From positions 992,001 through 1,056,000 of the forward strand of contig RSEE01000003.1 in the NCBI GenBank assembly GCA_003971905.1: a stretch of 64,000 nt of DNA, in the 5' to 3' direction. The notes below the pieces were generated by a model. The model searched no databases and was not told the DNA's origin. It worked only from the letters and a program-made list of their open reading frames with translations. The stretch is from Moniliella sp. 'wahieum'. Its lineage: Eukaryota. This document shows, piece after piece, positions 51,822-63,990 of the stretch. The first letter of the stretch is position 1, and the number at the start of each line of letters is the position of its first letter. The position numbers and the translations under genes are program-made.

Positions 51822-53303
51822 ATGCGCATCTTCAACTACACTTCCAGTGCTGTTGTGGTGACGCTGGAGCCTGCCCCGCTCTTGGTCGCCAAAGAGCAAG
51901 CATTGACTGTCGACAAGAAAGCAGCTTCTCTTCTGCCCTGGCTGCACGCCCTTGGGCACCACCATACAGCACAACCCACTCATCCGGCACAACTCTCCAA
52001 GTCCGTCCCATCCATGGCGGCGGCCCGGACACCTACTTGCACCTCGACCTTGCTCATCCCGCCCACGACGATACCTGGCGCCGCTTGCAGACGTCTCTCC
52101 CGCCCTGCTTTGACAAGCGCAGTAGCCTGTCCTCTACTATTCCTTCGGTTCTCGATGCCAAACTGGACGTGGCCACTCCAGCTCGTATTGGGGGCTCCAA
52201 GTATGTTGCTCTCCTGTTGCGTTCTGGGATCTCTGGCGATTAGCGCTGACTGGAAGCTCGTCCCTGCTCAGTCGGGACCGCATCTGGAAAGCAACAATGT
52301 GGACATTATTTTGTTTGACGACATTGACCCAAGTCGGTGGATGGGGCAGCTCCCCGATGACACTTTCTTGAGTCATCTCGCTGTACCTGGTACGCATGAG
52401 ACGCTGGCTCGCTACGGATACCCGCAAGCCAAATGTCAAAACGTAGAGAGTACCGTGGCGGCTCAACTTGCTGCTGGGATTCGTTTTGTCGACATACGGC
52501 TGGTTGCCAAGCCTGCAGTTGATTCCGGTTTCACGGGGGAGAAGGGAGAGGATCGTCTCTATGCCTATCATGGCAAGGTGGACGAACGCATCATGTTTGA
52601 CCAAGTGTTGGAGCAGATCTGGGCATTTTTGGATGGCCCTGGAGCACAGGAGACGTTGGTGATGAGCATCAAGTCCGAGGCCGATTCCGTGGCGATGCAA
52701 CAATGCTTGGAACGCGTTTACATTGCACCTACACGGCATCGGTGGTGGCTCAAGACCCATGTACCCACGTTGGGTGAAGCTCGAGGCAAGATCGTTCTCT
52801 TTTCACGCTACGGCAAGACGGAAGAACCTGATATGGGAATTCATCCGCCTGTGTGGCCCGACAATCTGGATGGACTGTATGTTGCAGTTCCTGTTACTTT
52901 GATGCCAAAACTGACACATGACCTAAGATGGACCTACCAGCTGCCTAAGGGTGAAACGTTCGCGACCCAAGACTGGTACAAGATTCGCAACTTGTGTGCC
53001 GTGCCGCACAAGTGGGACCTCGTCCAACGCTTGGCACAAACCTTTGGCCCGACCGACGCCTACGCTATCAACTATGTCAGCGCCAACACCTCTCCCTTTG
53101 CCTACCCACACCATGTGAGCTTGGGACTTTGGTGGTGGAAAGGACTGAACGCGCGCTTGCGTGACTATGCCGCCCATGCGCACCGAGACCGATGCTTGGA
53201 ACCGGGGCAAAGCTTGGATTCACTCCATTGTTTCTTCCTCCTAGACTTTTATGAAGTCCTTCCCGAGTTGGTGCCTTTGCTGATCCAGGCCAACTTTGCT
53301 TGA
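51822..53303 (+). CDS. Bacterial-type (Ca-independent) phosphatidylinositol-specific phospholipase C, PI-PLC X domain
   Basis: WMGQLPDDTFLSHLAVPGTHET, CQ...QLAAGIRFVDIRL, YAYHG, ETLVMSIKSE, PTLGEARGKIVLFSR. Intron near 52877-52927. Confidence 0.85.
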   Translation: MRIFNYTSSAVVVTLEPAPLLVAKEQALTVDKKAASLLPWLHALGHHHTAQPTHPAQLSKSVPSMAAARTPTCTSTLLIPPTTIPGAACRRLSRPALTSAVACPLLFLRFSMPNWTWPLQLVLGAPSMLLSCCVLGSLAISADWKLVPAQSGPHLESNNVDIILFDDIDPSRWMGQLPDDTFLSHLAVPGTHETLARYGYPQAKCQNVESTVAAQLAAGIRFVDIRLVAKPAVDSGFTGEKGEDRLYAYHGKVDERIMFDQVLEQIWAFLDGPGAQETLVMSIKSEADSVAMQQCLERVYIAPTRHRWWLKTHVPTLGEARGKIVLFSRYGKTEEPDMGIHPPVWPDNLDGLYVAVPVTLMPKLTHDLRWTYQLPKGETFATQDWYKIRNLCAVPHKWDLVQRLAQTFGPTDAYAINYVSANTSPFAYPHHVSLGLWWWKGLNARLRDYAAHAHRDRCLEPGQSLDSLHCFFLLDFYEVLPELVPLLIQANFA

Positions 53304-53780
53304 TGCGTGTCGTGTCTCTTTCCCCACAAAGATAACACGTTCCCCACCTATGAAGAAGCTTCAATCACAGAATGCCATTATACAATGCAGGACTCAGCCC
53401 GCATTTGTTTCCCGTCTAATATCGCGCGAAAGACGCCCCATGTTCGGCATAGTCTTCAAGGAGACTGGGTAAAGAGAAAATGGTCATTGAGACCCCGTGA
53501 AGCTAACAGGTCAAGACAAACAGACCCGAATTGGAAACGAAAAAGGGGAAAGATGGAGAAAATGGGAAGAACAAAGAAAGAGAATGCAGGGTTTTAACCC
53601 AAGATGATGGAAGACTTGCCGCCCGTACCGCCGGGGACTCTGAAGAGGGAATGCAAAAAAGTCAGTAGATGCGACCAACAGGGGGACTGGCCACGTACCG
53701 AACCCGGCGGGAAGGGCGAAACGTGTTCTGGGCCGGGGGCAACTCTTCGGTCTGAGCGGGACGGGTGCGCCCTTTCAACG

Positions 53781-54627
53781 TTAGCACTTGTTCCTCCTCC
53801 TCCTCGGCAAAGCTGGAAGAGCTAGGTTGGGAAGCCGCTTTCTCAGCGGCCAGCGCGGTGCGGCGTTGCCGGGAAGAATAGGTTCCTCGTCCTCAAACGA
53901 GGCAAAGAGAGCCCGCACTTGACCGCTCGAACCACCAACGTCTTGTCGCACTCGACGAGAGGGCCGGAAAACTTGGCCCGACGCATCCAGCACTTCCGTC
54001 TCAGCACCCCGGTTTGTCGGAGGTTGGACCACCCGGGCGGTTGTGGAGGGAGCCGCGGTGGAGGTAGCGACAGGAGCGGCAGGCGCAGGTGCAGGCGTAT
54101 GCACAGGTGCAGGTTCTTCCGAATCCAATGAGGCAAAGAGAGATCGCACCTGGCCACTGGATCCGCCAACGTCCTGACGCACCCTGCGAGAAGGTCGGAA
54201 CACTTGGCCCGAGGGATCGACTACCTCATGTTCGGTGCTCCGGCGGTCGGTGCGGGAGGGAGCGGCGACGGCGGTAGGGGCCTTGTTGGACTCCCCGCTG
54301 AGGCTATTGGAAAAGGAACCAACCGTGGCGTAATTGGGGAGCCGGTTGAGCTCGGTAAAGTTGGGTCCGACCTCGACTCCCTTGGTTTTGAGAAAGTCGA
54401 TCAGCCCGGCTTTGGAAAAGACAATCGAGTGGGTTTGTGGCAAGATACCTACCGAACCAGGCTGGTCAACACCCCGCTTTCACCATGAAGCAGTCATACA
54501 TAGTGGGAGGAGAGCAATAGCAGACGGTGCGCTGCACGGTGGACGTACCCATCTCATACGCCCAGTCCTTGGGGTTGGACCCGGGAGCGGTGCCCTTGTT
54601 GGGAGTGAACTCGGTCGAGATAGACAT
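53781..54627 (-). CDS. Small protein with a duplicated FRPSRRVRQDVGGSSGQVR motif (Jupiter/HN1/SPIRAL1-like GG repeat)
   Basis: ATG 54627 (MSISTEFTPNKG...DWA), probable intron at about 54559, then ORF 53781-54443 with two near-identical units of about 30 aa. Confidence 0.6.
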
Positions 54628-55192
54628 GGCGAGCGGAGGGGGTGGTGGCGTGCAGGAGGAAGGGGGTGGAGGCGGATCTCTTTTGGGCGCGACAAGCAGA
54701 GGGTGGTGGGGGAGGCGGAACAGGGGGGGCGGAGCGAATCAAGTGGCCAAGCCAGAGTTTCCTGGCAACGCTTAATAGAGCGTCTACTAGTCTACTGGGC
54801 GCTTGGAGAGAACCGGCTCCACAGCGCACACTGGCGCCATGCCAGGCCATGTCTCGGGGGGGCATCGCGCGTCGCACAGCGCGACCCTTTCACACAAACA
54901 ACACCAGCCGGCCTCTTGCAATTTCAAAGCGTACTCGTTGCCCAGCCACAACAACACACAACCCTGGCTGTATCACCTCTTCAGCCCGATGATTGATGGA
55001 TCGCCGTTATCCCGTCGTGTCCTTCTCTGGCGTCTGCACCACCCAAGCAACAACAACAACAACGCAAGGTTTACTGTACACTGGCTCCAGGCTGGCCAGT
55101 GCGCATACGGGGTGTACATGATCAAGTTCAGAGCTGTGGGGTTCTGGATCCAACTAACACAATCAAAAGAAACGATGGCAAACAACCACCTA

Positions 55193-56685
55193 TCAGCCCT
55201 GCACTTGGGCTCCCTCGCTGTGCTCAGGCCGCTTGAGCACCAGCGGTTTCCCCTTCGTAGCGCGCCGCCACACGTCGCTGATGTCCTCAGCAACCGTTTC
55301 AAAGTGGGACGTGGCGTCGTACGAACGAGTGATGAAAATGTTGTCATCGCCCCCGGACTCGAGCGGGGCCTCTTGTGGGCAATCGAGACAAACTTGTCAA
55401 GGATGGGGCCGAGCAAGTCGAGACCGGGTTTGAGCTCCAGCTCGGGCCGGTCGGTCTCCACAATGGTGGTGACTGAGGCAATGTACAGACCCTCAGGGGC
55501 CACATTGTGGTTCTTTCCCACCAAGGTGACGTAAATGTCATGCTTGCGGCCCAACTGCGCCTGAGGAATAATGAGTTGGAGCGAATCGGCGTTTCCCGTG
55601 TTGGGAATGGGGGCCTTGAGTAGGCAGATGGCTCGCACCACGTGGCCCGTTGCCTGCACCTTCTCCTTACCACCAATCTTGCCACGGAAATAGGAAGGAT
55701 CACCAATCACCAAATCTGCTGTAACCGTCTCCCCCTCGCTGGTGACGCCCTTGAACTTGCCCTGGTCGTCCAGTACCACCTCCTCAATCGGCTTGGCCAA
55801 CATGTAGGTGCCGCCATAGATGGCCGACAAGCGAGCAAAGCCTTGTGGCAGCTCACCCAGGCCGTACAGCGGGTAAATGTACGGCGACTTGCCATACCGG
55901 GCCACGGACGTGGTGTAGAGAATGATGCGTTCGTACGTCTCACGCGCAGGTCGCTTGATATACGAATCGTCCAGGTGCAGCGCCATGGCATGCCCAATAA
56001 AGTCTTTGGTGCCCTTCTCGAGACCAAACTTGGTGTACACTTGGTCCATCGAGTCACTGTCAAGATCGATGCCTAGCAGGGGGAGTTTCTATAGTCAGCA
56101 ATGGCAGCCGATGAGCATGTGGCAGAGACAGGAAGGATGGAACATGTACCTTGGTGGGTGTCCGGGTCATCATCGCGCCAGTTCTGGATGAAAAGGAAAA
56201 AGTTGCGTGCTCGACGTTTCTCAAACAGACCCATCAGAGGCGATTTGACAGTCCCATCTCGGTAGCGGGCACCTTGGCAATGCGCCCATCGCGATACACA
56301 TACGAGGCAGAAATCTGCTTGAACTCGAGGTAGCGAGTTACATCGGTGTGGACGAGCATGTTGGTGAGCTCGCCATTGCTCATGGTGAACTTGGGCACCA
56401 AGTCGATGGCCCAGTCGCGGTCGCGGCCCAGACCAGTGGGCACAGCAGCATCGGGGCGGAACTTGGCAAAGAGTTGGGACAGGGTGAGGGATGCCATGTC
56501 GCCACCATAGTACTCGTTGCGGTCCATGTGGAGCACCTTTTTGCCGTCGACCGAGAGCAGGGCGGAGAGCACACACTCGGTCACACCGGTGCCGAGGATA
56601 ATGGCGTCTGCGCAGGGTCAGCCACGCCAGCACAGCGGAGGAGACGGCGAGGAAGCCCAAGAGACGCACCATAATGCTCGTCCAT
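55193..56685 (-). CDS. GDI1: Rab GDP-dissociation inhibitor
   Basis: MDEHY then intron then DAIILGTGVTECVLSALLSVDGKKVLHMDRNEYYGG; RDWAIDLVPKF; YGKSPYIYPLYGLGELPQGFARLSAIYGGTYML; SYDATSHFET. Confidence 0.95.
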
Positions 56686-57106
56686 GGTGGCAGGGTGTGG
56701 GTGGTGGAGAGGGTGCGGGGAGGGATGGAGGCGAAACCAGGGCGATACGCTACTGGCGGGGCTGAGCTGACGAGGGGACGAGGGGCGGCCGACAGCGGCC
56801 AGGCATACGCGATAGCGAACGCAGGCCAGGCACCAACCGATGAACTGAACGAACACTGGCAGGCAACGGAAAACTTTCAAACTGCAGCGCCACGTGGGAC
56901 TGTGAAGATTGAATGTTCAAGCGGACGAGACGAAGAGGGCGAAGGCCCGCTGGACAGCCGTCTGTGGTCGCCATTCTCCAGCGCCCAGTCAGATCCCCCT
57001 TGGAGCTTGGCGGGCACCTGCTGGTGGCGCAGCACACTTCCCACCGCGTGCTGCCCCTTTGACATTGCCATTGCCATTGCCCTCAGCCCCCCGCCTTCTT
57101 TCCGGC

Positions 57107-58973
57107 ATGGCCGCCCGTCCGCACACTCGCTCCGTGTCCGAATCGTCCTTTGGCGAGTTCGCCGCGGCCCCCTCCCACGCCGCCTCCAGCTTCTCCCCCA
57201 TCCCCGAGCCCCATGCGGCTCTTGCACCTGCGCCCGCCCCACCCGGCAGCGACTCGGACTTTGATCCCGCCACATCTGGCTTCAGCGACTTTGTCGCCGC
57301 CCCGGCCGCCGCCGATGCAGCCGACCCTGACTGGGGCTCCTTCCACACTGTCTTGCCCACGCCTCCTGCGCCCCCCAGCCCGCCCATCCGCGATCTGCGG
57401 CCCGTCGAAGCTCGGTTGCGGCTCAAGGAGCGCAACGACGCAGCGGGTCAGTCGGCTGACCCAGAATACCACTCCTCTGGCCTTTATGGCCAGCAGCTTG
57501 CCGACAATGCTCATGCCCAGGCCTCGCACTTGCCCATTCCTCTCGCATCTCATCCCGATGGGGGCGGCACCCCCCCATTCGGCCAACAACCCCCGTCCGA
57601 TTCAAGTTGGTCAGGTAGCCTTTGGCGTTCGTTTGGCAACCTCAATCTACGCCAGATTGGCGGCCAGGCCCGCGGAGCGGCCGGTGAGGCTTGGAGCCAT
57701 CTCCCCCGTCCCCACCTTCCCACCGGCCTGTTTGACATGACAGCCGACGACCCCGAGTATCAAGCGTACCAGCAAACTCTCCCGGTCTCCTCCAAAGGAC
57801 CCTCGCCTTCCCCTTCTCCGGGCCCCGTGCGTCACCACCCCCCAACCGCATCCGCCCCTCTTCCGCCCAAGGCGATGCCCATCCTTTCCGGCGCGCCGGG
57901 TTTCAATGTGGCCCAAGACCGGTTTGAGAACCAAAATTGGAACCGGGGTGGGTGGACGTTACCCACCCATCAGGCCTCGCCCACGCCTACCCCGCCTTCG
58001 ACCTCTACGTCCGCGTTGCCTGCACGCGATGCGCAAGCTCTTTCTTCCCACTCTTCTCTCTCGTCTGCCAATCCCACTGCGGTTGACCCACTGGAACGCG
58101 TGCGCGTCTTGACCGGCGCCTCGCCCCAGGCTGCTGCCGAGTCGCGCTTTGCCCATCGTCGCGCTCAGGCGGTCACGCTGCATGGAAGGTACGCCGACAC
58201 GCGGCAGCTAGTCCGTCCTGGTCTGGCCGGCCAATTGCAGGGTGTCCTTCCGGCTCGTCTGCAGCTCGGTCGCGGCTGGCGCTTGGTCTACTCGACGGAC
58301 CAACATGGGATCAGTCTGCAAACCTTGTACGATCGGGTAGGACGAGCGATGAGTCAAACTTCCGCCTCGCGTTCGGCTGCGCGGGAAGGATGGTTGCGCG
58401 GTGCGTCGTCGGCTACCGCATCGGCCTTGGCCGCGGACGAGGGACCGAGCAGCTTGTCAACGTCTGCTACGCTCGCGCGAAGCAACCCAAGCAGCTGCCC
58501 AGGCGGCCGACAAAATGTCCCGCTCAGGACTGGCCATGCACGATGCCGGTCTGATTCTTGCGGTGCAGGATGCCGAAGGCAACGTGTTTGGTGCCTTTCT
58601 CAATGAGCCCATCAAGCCCCAGCCGCATTACTTTGGTTCGGGCCAATCGTTCCTATGGAAGACGGTCAAGGTTCCGGGTCGGAGTAGTGGCGAGGGCGTA
58701 TTTGAGGCGGGACGCATGCTCAAACTCTTTCCGTGGGTAGGGAGGAACATGTACGCCTGTTTGGCCCAAGGCTCTAGCCTCGCCTTTGGTGGAGGCCCAG
58801 ATGGACGCTATGGCCTGTGGCTGGACGACCAGCTGGAGAATGGCGTGTCGGATGTGTCAGTCACGTTTGACAACGACCCCTTGGCTGACACGACTGCCTT
58901 TCCGGCAGGGGAGCGCAAGGAGGAGAAATTTGAGTGCATCGCTCTCGAGGTGTGGGCAGTGGGCGTTGACTAA
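57107..58973 (+). CDS. OXR1: Oxidation resistance protein 1 (TLDc domain)
   Basis: LPARLQLGRGWRLVYSTDQHGISLQTLY; VQDAEGNVFGAFLNE...YFGSGQSFLWK; LAFGGGPDGRYGLWLD; TFDNDPL; FECIALEVWAVG-stop. Frameshift near 58470. Confidence 0.9.
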
Positions 58974-61900
58974 CAAAACGCATTGAATGGAACACCATGC
59001 TGCATAACGCCTGAGGCCTGAAGGATTGGTCGATGACCACGTTGAGTATACAGTCTACAGTTAGTATGGACGATCACTTCGACTGGCTCTTGAGTCTGCT
59101 CCTTTGGCTGTGGGAGAATGCGGCTGACCATTCTACTCGCCCCCCGTGCGCCCCAAGCCTCATGCGCATGCGGCGCCCGACGGGGTGAACGACAAACTTA
59201 TCACACTGACTCCTCTGGTTCGTACACCGCACAAGTGTTTTCGATGCAGCGCCAGCGTTGTAGGCATATGTAGTAGGAAAGCGTTGCCAAAAGCCACGCA
59301 AGAACAAAAGTCAACGAGACGGAAAGTCGTAATGTCATTCGTTGAAGACCATCATTAACAATCATTCAAACTACGCTTGGCTTTCCTCCATGTCGGCAGC
59401 CAAGTGACCCGAGCGCACCAACAAAGGCACATCTCCAGATAGCTCCATAGTATTCTCTACCATTTTAGCCGCCATTTCCCGCCCAGCAAGTGCACCTGGG
59501 GTCAAATGTCACCGCTTTTAAGCACATCGTGGTCGGCACTCGCACCCATTCCAAGTTTGGCATGTTGTGCGAGGCCAGGCGGAAGGCAATCCTCAACATT
59601 GCTCACATCATGTGCATCATGGAGGATACCCAGAAATGTTCTCATGAGAAGAGCCGGCACCGCTTGGGGAGAAGGAAATGGGATGGGGGAACAAGGACAG
59701 GCGTACGGACGCATTGTTGCAGAGTGATAAGAATTTTCCTTCTGCTCTGTCTACGACACTCTCTGCCTAATGGGTCTCCCCCACCAATCGGGTTCTTTTG
59801 GATGAGAGACAGCACTTCTTCGTCTCTCGGTTCCCTGTTTACTATAGACCCAAACCTTTAAACTACTGGGAATGTGACAAGATCGCCACTGGTGTACCGG
59901 AGAGAGGGGAGACACTCAACAGCTCGGTTCCTGCTGTTTCTCCTCCCCTAGTTGTGCATACCATCACGTCAGGCAGGTACCATATGCCACAGATATATGT
60001 GAACGACTACCACAAAAATGTTTGACTAATGGAAGGAGAACTGCCTGAAGAGTCTTATGCATCTCAGATCTCACGAGAGAAGATTTATCGACGTTCGACG
60101 TCCACCGTCGTTCAACGTTCAACGTTAATCGCTCACATGGCTCCTAATAGGTGTCTACCCCACTCATTCACATCCACTTGTGCGCTGTATCTCTGTTGGT
60201 TAGTCTGGTTGCTTGCTAAGGAAGGACATGAAAGGTAGAAAGTAAGAAACGATCCTCCCCTTTCCAGAAAGAGAGTAGCTTTCGTAACGCAACGTCAGGG
60301 TGGTGCTGCCTTACGGCCCAGCCCGGCTAGGCCTTGCCCGTATGTCCACCTAGGCACAGTAAGGAAAAGCTGGGCCCAGGTCTCCCAGCACCCCCGAAAG
60401 AGGGAAAAGGGAAGTCGTGGAAAGCCCTGTGCCAAGAGCAACCATTCTCGTAGCACGTGCTTGTCGGGAACAGACCCACTTGGTCACCGTTTGTCACCAA
60501 CTTGACTCTGGCCCCCTGATTTGTTCTAGACCCTGTTTCCCCCTTTGACTATGCTCCCCTTCTTCTTCCGTGTGACTCAGGTCGCATGTTCTCTTCTTCG
60601 AGGCATGTATACCTGACCCTCCTTTCCATACGATGAACATGTTCCTCATCCTTTCCCCCATCGCGAGTTCCTGTTAGAGCGGGCGGTAAACAGCCGTCGG
60701 GGTGCAAGGAAGGGAAAGGGCGAGGACAAGACTTACATCCCGATCGTACGAGAGGAATATAGAGTCGGTTGCATGGAGGGAAAGCAGCAACGTCTGCCCG
60801 TCAAGGTTCTGATGCGATGTGGCAGTTCCCCTCCGCATGCGCTTGCCCAAGGGGAAGGCGAAGCGCTTATTGGTCGCGAATCTGGCGTTTGGAGGAACCA
60901 GGCTCTTCTCACTTGTCCCACCGGGTGGGAGAGGGCGGCGGCCAAACTTACCGGGTTAAACGGGCTTCCATTTGGTGGGAGGCACTTGGAAGCAAACATC
61001 AAAGGGAGACGGACGGAAGCACAACTTCAATTGAGAACGAGGCAAAGGCCAGACCCGTCTTGTCCATTCCAACATCCATGTCAGATGTAGTAGGACTTTT
61101 GCGATAGCCTTATCCTTTTCCCGATTCTTCGCTTTGGAAGAAAAGATCCCATCAGGTGGCACAGAACCCACTCTGCGATGTTACAGGCGAAGGCAAGTCG
61201 TACCAGTTGGAAGGGGGCGGGGGTGTGGTAACCAGGACGGTGCCGACGACACATACAATGGCGCGTAGCCATGCAGAGGAAAACAGATTAACCTCAGCAC
61301 TCTGTTCGACTTGTAGGAAAGGGGGAGCGTTAGCAGAGGCAGGAGACCACAAAGTTCGTAACTGCGCATGCGAGAGTCACTCCCTCCGCTATGTCAGCTA
61401 GTGGCTCTGAGGGGTTTGAATTTGTTGTGTACATCGATGTTGGAGCGATCATCCGTGCCAAAGGGCCCTCAACCGTCCAACTTGTTGTTTAGTCCAGTGA
61501 CTAGTGGCGGCCAACAACTAGCTGTCTCCGGTGGCCGCGAGGCGTGCGTCCACTCCCGTTTTTCAGGGTGGGGGAAGCTTTTTGGCAAGGCAAAGGCGAG
61601 CCTACGCACCGGAGACACCGACACAACATTCCTTGGGCCCCTACGCTATGCAACAGTGTCAATAAGGCCGACTCATGCCGATAGCTCAATGCCAATGTCG
61701 AAGGGGGCTGAGGCCAAGCCTGAGAGAGGGGTGGTGAGGACAGCGTCCTTCTCGAGACCTCGACGGCTTCAGCTCCAGGCGGGTAGCTCCTAGTGGGGAG
61801 GGGAAGGAAGGAGGAAAGTTCCACTGAAACTGGACATCTGGTCGACTCGACGACCAAGCCGTTGATGGATGGTGAGATCGTGAGAGGAGCCAGAAGAGAC

Positions 61901-62029
61901 TCCGACTCCGACCAAAGCAAGCAATCTCTGGTGGTCTAGACCCCCTAACCCTTTTGATTATCAAAATACACCCAATGTATGCTCTGTTCCTGGAGTACCG
62001 ATAGTACTTTCAGGACTGTGATGCATGTT

Positions 62030-63740
62030 GTGATGACTGTGAGAGAGAGTCGAGATGTGAGTAACTGAGTTCAGTACTCATGGGCACATTTTGCGGGCCA
62101 TAGGAGGGTCTAGGGGGATTCGCTTCGACCGCGACTGATTGGGTGACCGTGTGATAAATGTTGGATTCGTATTTGTTGGATCCGTGTTCGTGTGCACTTG
62201 GTGGAGAAATACTTACTCTCGCCTTTTGTCGTTATCCATTCGACCTTATCTCACCGTTATAATTTTTCTTCAATCGGTTATCTCGTCGATGATCGATGAA
62301 TCATCGATTGCCTTTTCAACGGTTCGGCACTGAGGCACTGAGGGGCTGGCTCCCAATGAGTGCGAGACCTGAATGATTTCAGCCGAGCGCGGCCGAATGC
62401 AGCCAGACTTGTTACGTACAGTCTCCCGCTTCCCACGGAGTATACAGCGTACTGCGTACAGGCTAGGCGCTTGACGTTAAACGTTGAACGTTTAGTTGAA
62501 CTCACAAGATAAGCCCGAGCGAGCCTGATAGGCGCCCAGCGGTTCGTTGTCCCAGCCTTAATCCAACGATGCTAGATATTAACCTCTCTGGGAATGATAA
62601 GAAGGCAAGGGCGATGCTGTATGCTGTGCTCTGAAGTTCAACGTTCACGTTCACATCCAGTCTATTCACCATTCAATATTCACTATTCAATATTCACTAG
62701 CACTAGGCGCAATGCTGCGGCGGGAAAGCACAGGGACGCATACCGCAGCACCTCGCAGCATCCGCGGCACCGGGACAACCACGGCCTGTCTCGGATGGTG
62801 CTACATTCCCCATGTCACGTGCAGGTCCTATTTCTATATGGCCGAGGTCTGGGGTTCGCGCAAACCGGGCGAACAGAAAAACACGGGCATACGTATTTTC
62901 CCGAGTGATCGTGGGGTCCTCGGACTGTCTGGGGGCCGCCAGCCAGAGACCAGCCATTGGTCACTGGCACTAGTCATTCTAGTCACTACCAAGTCACTAG
63001 CTTCACTAGTCAGCTAGTGACTAGTCACTGGTCAGGCCCAGGCTGCAGGCTGCAGGCCTCAGGTGACCGATGCGACCGGTGATCGGTGTCCGGTGGCCGG
63101 TGGCCGGCGACCTCAGGGGGTGCGCCTCAGGCTGAGGCCCTCACCGGTCACCGGTCACCAGCCACACTGACCAATCGAGGTTCGAGGTTGGACGTTGGAC
63201 GCTGGGCACGGCGCCAACGTAGACGTCTCATACGCGTCATATACCTACACCACCAGTCACTAGTCACTGCTAGTACCTAGCGACGGTCACTTGTTCATGT
63301 TACCCACATCACGATTTGGCATCCGCCTAGGTAGGGGCTTGTACAGGCCGGAGCGGAGGCAAGTCCAAAGCACAAGGCCACGGCCGCCATGCCCAAACCA
63401 AATTGCTGCTATTGGATCCAGCGACCCAACGGAAGCCATGCAGGTCATCATCATCCGTCATCCATCATGGGGCCAGGAGAGGTACGTCTGGTGTTGTGCC
63501 TTGTTGTGGCTTTTTGAGCCTAGAAGAACGCATCTTCCTCCAAGTCTATAACATTACTCAGCCCCTCAATACCAAAATAGGTGCTGTGCCTCAGCGCCCA
63601 GCGCGCCCAGTGCACTCAGCCTCAGTCTGCCTCAGCGCCTCAGCGCCACAGCGCGTTCAACGACACACCGCTTGTGACCGTGACCGGCCCCTCCTCAAGC
63701 TTCAAGCTTCAAGCTTCAAGCTTCAAGCTGCCAACTTCAA
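62030..63740. repeat. Second island of 7-bp-periodic palindromic-hexamer micro-arrays
   Basis: AGTACT 62073; ATCGAT-G 62292; AACGTT-G about 62480; AATATT-C at 62675 and 62689; ACTAGT-C 62970-63030 and 63259; (ACCGGTC)2 63143-63156; (AAGCTTC)n 63695-63729. Confidence 0.85.
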
Positions 63741-63907
63741 GGATCGATGATTCCATGATAAATACTAGTCACACTGGGAGTGCTCCGCAATTGCCAACAT
63801 CGCCAATTGCTACCAAATTCAATTGTAGTATTGTAGGGCGCACGCTGGGCGCGGGGGCGCTGGGTCCTAGCCAACGAACAACCGCATCTCCTAGGCCTTG
63901 AAAAAAC

Positions 63908-63990
63908 TAACCTTAGACCTTAGGCCCTTGGTCCTTAGCCCCTAGCCCCTAGCGTCTTAGCCCTTAGCGCCGTTAGCACCTTAGCCCTTA
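63908..63990. repeat. Degenerate CCTTAGC/CCCTAGC tandem repeat at the window end
   Basis: ccttagc ccctagc ccctagc gtcttagc ccttagc gccgttagc accttagc cctta read directly. Confidence 0.7.

Noticed and set aside
195..58973. Mass pseudogenisation or programmed frameshifting
   Set aside because: The affected genes are essential and their motifs are intact. Checked breaks are mostly at homopolymers with no common slippery motif, so sequencing error is more parsimonious.
59300..61950. Protein-coding gene or transposon remnant after OXR1
   Set aside because: Only short ORFs with no recognisable RT, integrase, transposase or other motif, and no terminal repeats seen. It cannot be supported without a search.
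30500..63740. Synthetic polylinker or vector contamination (the hexamers equal HindIII, NsiI, StuI, SpeI, AgeI, AclI, MluI, BglII and ClaI sites)
   Set aside because: Units are tandemly repeated, degenerate, dispersed through native intergenic DNA and restricted to A...T hexamers. No vector backbone is seen.
63908..63990. True telomere
   Set aside because: Units are TTAGC/CTAGC-based and degenerate, not TTAGGG or CCCTAA arrays, and non-repeat sequence follows.
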